55,435 bases of DNA from a virus (Duplodnaviria; Caudoviricetes), in IMG/VR virus record IMGVR_UViG_3300042934_000351, positions 1 through 55,435 of that record. One strand, given 5' to 3'. Made by a program: the position numbers and the translations under genes. The stretch's first letter is position 1; each line of letters begins with the position of its first letter. Below the pieces are notes generated by a model. The model saw only the letters and a program-made list of their open reading frames with translations, was not told the origin of the DNA and searched no databases. Below, piece after piece: positions 52,048-55,435 of the stretch.

Positions 52048-53439
52048 TTAGCCTTCCGCTACCTGTTGATCCTCTTCGTCGCTCTTCTGGAACATGCCCA
52101 GTGCGTGCAACGTCGTAGGCTTGATCTCTGTGATCAGTCGTCGTGTGGCAGGCTTGCCACCCTCACGACGCGTGACGCGCTTGATTACGAAGTGCTCTCC
52201 CAGCATGTCCCACACATCGTTCGCAGTACGCTCTCCATATCCCTGGTTGTGGAGCCAGGGCTGGAGAATGTCTGCGAGCTTGTCAGCACGGTACTCTCCC
52301 GTGCCGAGCTCCTTGAGGATGCTACCATCCTTACGGATGATGTCCTCCAGGAACGCCAGCACAGGGCTGGTGTCCACGATGTGCGAGACCTGCAGGTTCT
52401 TGCTCTCCTCTGACGGTGCCAGCCTGGAGCTGAGTTCGTCTTCGGGTACCCAGTGCTCCCACAGGAGTGTGAGCAGGGCGTCCATCATCTTCTCGCTCTG
52501 CATGTAGGCGAGGAAGTTCAGGTCGTCCGGGTACTCATTCGGGAAGTTGAAGCGCACGAGACGCTTCTGGAGAGCAGCGCTCTTGTCTCGCGCCTTCGGC
52601 TCCTTGTTGAGAGCCTCGATGAAGAGCGCGTTTGTCTGTACCTCGAAGGGTTCGTTCTCGAACTTGAGTTCGATGATCAGAGGCTCACCTGCCACGATCG
52701 TCTTCTCCGGTCCCGATTCCGGAATATAGGCCTGCGGCCCATCGAAGACGATGTTGGCGAGCTTGTTGTTCAGCGTGTTCAGGATAGGCCGTTGTGCGGC
52801 CATTGCCTGACGCTGAACGCCACTGATGTTGCTCTTGCCCAGAAGCTTCTTGAGCATCTTGAGCAGAGTACCCTTACCGTTACGGCCTTCGCCGAGCAGG
52901 ATGATGTACTTGACGGCTGACCACCCAGGCTGCAGCGCAGTAGCCAGGTGGTACAGGAGGCTCCGTGCTTGTGTTTCCCCGTCGAGCCACTCGACGAGGA
53001 TCTTGAAGAGTTCTTCGACGTACTTGTAGTCAGATGACTCCTTGGGGATGATCGTGTAGGGAATGTAGTTGGCGACGAAGTCACCAACCGTGTGCGGAGT
53101 AAACCCCATGTCCGTCAGACGCCCGAGCTGACCGAACGAGTCCTTGACCAGGACGTTCGGCACTGCGTCGTAGACAGGCGTAGCCTGCTGACGGAGCATG
53201 TACTTGAAGTTGGCGAACTCCACCGGAGCGCTGAAGAGGATGTCAAGCATCTTCGTCCTCTTGTACAGCGCCTCGTTGTTGAGCTCAGTCCAGATCGTGC
53301 GGTCCGGTGCGGGGTTGTCCTCACCGGTCTCGTAATCCACAGGAACATAGATGAGCCCATTGTACAGTCTCATGTCTACGACAGCTGCCATCGCAACTGC
53401 GATGGTAACGAGGTCGGCTTTGCCGTAGACCCTAGGCAT
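52048..53439 (-). CDS. D5-like SF3 helicase
   Basis: Walker A GEGRNGKGT, Walker B NIVFD, K.I..GE...E.K, sensor ALN, ALQKRL..FNFPN. Confidence 0.88.
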   Translation of the reverse strand: MPRVYGKADLVTIAVAMAAVVDMRLYNGLIYVPVDYETGEDNPAPDRTIWTELNNEALYKRTKMLDILFSAPVEFANFKYMLRQQATPVYDAVPNVLVKDSFGQLGRLTDMGFTPHTVGDFVANYIPYTIIPKESSDYKYVEELFKILVEWLDGETQARSLLYHLATALQPGWSAVKYIILLGEGRNGKGTLLKMLKKLLGKSNISGVQRQAMAAQRPILNTLNNKLANIVFDGPQAYIPESGPEKTIVAGEPLIIELKFENEPFEVQTNALFIEALNKEPKARDKSAALQKRLVRFNFPNEYPDDLNFLAYMQSEKMMDALLTLLWEHWVPEDELSSRLAPSEESKNLQVSHIVDTSPVLAFLEDIIRKDGSILKELGTGEYRADKLADILQPWLHNQGYGERTANDVWDMLGEHFVIKRVTRREGGKPATRRLITEIKPTTLHALGMFQKSDEEDQQVAEG

Positions 53440-53575
53440 TGATGCTGGACCTGGTGCTTGTCTGGCCGAGAGCACGTAGCATCCCGACCTTCAGTTCGAT
53501 CTTGACTCGTTCTACTGCAGACAGGTCTTCATAGACCAGCATGCAGAGATACCTCTCGATCTCCGTTTCCAACAT
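53432..53575 (-). CDS. 47-aa protein absent from the ORF track
   Basis: GAAAGAGG RBS; MLETEIERYLCMLVYEDLSAVERVKIELKVGMLRALGQTSTRSSINA; its end overlaps the helicase start. Confidence 0.65.
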   Translation of the reverse strand: MLETEIERYLCMLVYEDLSAVERVKIELKVGMLRALGQTSTRSSINA

Positions 53576-53608
53576 GGCGCCCTCTTTCAGTGCAGTTCCG
53601 TATTCTCA

Positions 53609-53617
53609 ATTATCACA
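53609..53617 (-). promoter_or_regulatory. Putative extended -10 TGTGATAAT
   Basis: AT-rich intergenic gap upstream of ATG 53575. Confidence 0.45.
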
Positions 53618-53626
53618 TGCTTGGCA

Positions 53627-54826
53627 CTAGAAGGTGGCTGTTACGACCAGTCGCGGTCGTGCATCTGCCGCACCTCGTGGGAGGATACGACCGATGAGTT
53701 GACGACGTAGCGACGGGTCACCGTCGATGTCGTCGAGGATCAGCATGGACGTACACACCTTGTCGATGCCATCCATACCTGTTGCGATTGCGGTTGTACC
53801 GATAAGCCAACCGCCCTGCGCGTTGATGAACTCATTCTTGATCGGGTCCACGTTTGTCTTCGGCGTGTCTCCGTCGATGAGCCACGTGTTCCCCGAGAGA
53901 GTCCGCTTCAGCGCCTGTGCCACTGTCTTGTGAGCACAGAACACCATCCACTTCGTTCTGTCAGGGAACCTCGACAGCTCCAGAGAGACCTCATCGAGAA
54001 TCTCTTCTCGGATCAAGCCCTCTTCGTCAATGAAACGGTGGTTGATGCGCGCGTGACGCTTCTCCATCTCACTGTTCATGATGCGCTTCTTGCGACGGTT
54101 GATGTTGTATCGCTCGAAGAGATCATCGTCGAACGCTGGGAGGTACAGGTCCCTCGGCGTCCACGTCGCCGTATCCTCGATGTACGAGACCCACGGCCTG
54201 CTCAACAGGAAGTCGATGGCAGAGTCGTAGTTCTTGAACGGCGTGTCCTTGTCCACGTCAGGGACACGTGAGAACCTGTTCATCTGACAGTTGCAGTTAT
54301 CCCACAACCAGTTGATGTAGTTGCGGCCTGGTGCTTCGTCTCCGATCGCAGTGAGACAGAATACTCTCTCTGCGTCGTTGTAGTTCGGCGTGGCGGAAGC
54401 CAGGACGATGTCGCCCTGGAACGTGCGCATCATGCGGTTGAGCTTCTTCCAGCCCGCCGCGCTGTGTCCACCCATTTGGTGGAACTCATCGATGATCCAG
54501 GCCACGTCAGACTTGGAGTACTTGGTGTTCTCCATCCGGAACTTCTGAACAGAGTCGATCCTGATGTCCAGGCCCAGCGCCTTGGCGTCAGCGATCCAGT
54601 CCCCATGCGTAGCAGGCGGAGCGATGACAACTACACGCTTGTGCCCTCGCGTTGCGATCAGTGCGAGAGCGGTCTTGGTCTTGCCCTTCCCCGTCGGGAA
54701 GAAGAGCAGCTGTCGCTTGAGGGATGCGCCCCACTGGAGGTACGCATCCCTCTGCGACGGAGACCAAGCCTCGAACTTCGGATCGGTGGCCCGAAAGATT
54801 TTCTCAGCTTCGTCCCACGTGACCAT
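53627..54826 (-). CDS. Superfamily 2 DNA helicase
   Basis: PTGKGKT, VIAP, IIDEFH, SATP, TGMDG, QLIGRI. Confidence 0.9.
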   Translation of the reverse strand: MVTWDEAEKIFRATDPKFEAWSPSQRDAYLQWGASLKRQLLFFPTGKGKTKTALALIATRGHKRVVVIAPPATHGDWIADAKALGLDIRIDSVQKFRMENTKYSKSDVAWIIDEFHQMGGHSAAGWKKLNRMMRTFQGDIVLASATPNYNDAERVFCLTAIGDEAPGRNYINWLWDNCNCQMNRFSRVPDVDKDTPFKNYDSAIDFLLSRPWVSYIEDTATWTPRDLYLPAFDDDLFERYNINRRKKRIMNSEMEKRHARINHRFIDEEGLIREEILDEVSLELSRFPDRTKWMVFCAHKTVAQALKRTLSGNTWLIDGDTPKTNVDPIKNEFINAQGGWLIGTTAIATGMDGIDKVCTSMLILDDIDGDPSLRRQLIGRILPRGAADARPRLVVTATF

Positions 54827-55435
54827 CAGAGACGCTCGTCGTGCTCTCCGGGAACGTCGCGCAGCATGTCGCGCTCGGCGTTCTCGTAGGGGTGACGCGG
54901 ACCGGGGTCCGGCATGCGACGACGGACGAGCTTGACGTCGGAACGGTCGAGGATCGCCTGACCACGGGCCAGGAACTTCTCGACGATCGCGCCTTCCTCG
55001 TCGTTCTGCGTCGGCCCCTTCTCCCGACGGATCTTGATCTCCATGTACTCCTTCGCCGTCGCGGCCTCGACCATGTCAGAGCCGATGACCTCCTTGGCGA
55101 TCTGGAGGTAGCCCTCGATGTCGTCGTAGTTGTCCTTGTAGTCCGGCATCTTGCCGAGACGGTGCAGCTTGACGAGCATGAAGATCGCGGGCACGTCGAC
55201 CGGCTGGACCTTGCGGCCCGACAGGTAGGCGTTGATCATCGCCGCCTGCTCCACCTGGTTCTGTACCTTGTCGCCGTAGGCGGCACGCGCATCCAGGATT
55301 TCGATCGTTGCTTCCGGGTTCGGAATGTGCTGCATCTTCTCGCTGGGGCTCCACGGGTCCCGCTCGAACGTGGTACGTACCACGTCGGAGCCGTCGCACC
55401 AGTAGCGTCGCGGCGGCTCGAACTTGACGTCGACC
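54826..55435 (-). CDS. DUF6378-like protein (3' part; starts at 189 across the junction)
   Basis: R..YG....N....A....AYL......DV...MLVKL.R......DNYDDIEGY. Confidence 0.75.
   Translation of the reverse strand, partial: VDVKFEPPRRYWCDGSDVVRTTFERDPWSPSEKMQHIPNPEATIEILDARAAYGDKVQNQVEQAAMINAYLSGRKVQPVDVPAIFMLVKLHRLGKMPDYKDNYDDIEGYLQIAKEVIGSDMVEAATAKEYMEIKIRREKGPTQNDEEGAIVEKFLARGQAILDRSDVKLVRRRMPDPGPRHPYENAERDMLRDVPGEHDERL
55309..55435. repeat. Terminal direct repeat, copy 2
   Basis: Exact copy of 1-127. Confidence 0.95.

Overview
The window is a complete, circularly assembled genome of a high-GC, apparently lytic tailed phage of Actinobacteria. Bases 1-127 are identical to 55309-55435, so the unit length is about 55,308 bp. 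Size, layout and the ~13.6-kb gene recall the Microbacterium podoviruses of clusters EK/EM (from memory, not searched). Two arms diverge from an AT-rich, hairpin-dense non-coding centre (~12,853-14,560) and converge near 50,300. The minus-strand arm encodes small early proteins, a DUF932-like protein, NrdH-like glutaredoxin, a probable SSB, a Cas4-like exonuclease, family A DNA polymerase, RuvC-like resolvase, WhiB, a DUF6378-like protein spanning the junction, SF2 helicase, D5-like SF3 helicase and prim-pol. The plus-strand arm encodes a 4,529-aa giant protein, portal, capsid, tail proteins, a three-module endolysin, holin-like proteins and terminase. I saw no integrase, tRNA or CRISPR array. 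Main result: the giant protein has no cysteine that I could find and carries motifs for both catalytic halves of a two-barrel (cellular-type) RNA polymerase. A beta'-like RxP...IQ...GGDFDGD block lies near aa 807-853 and a beta-like GEN...GFN...GDK...GMK block near aa 2794-2993, in beta'-then-beta order and flanked by hydrophobic ejection-protein-like segments. This suggests a single-chain, virion-packaged and injected RNA polymerase. The adjacent non-coding centre holds a ~365-nt nested inverted repeat whose stem substitutions form G-U/G-T pairs only on the plus strand (candidate ncRNA, ssDNA promoter structure or origin). All calls are by eye; no searches or folding programs were run.
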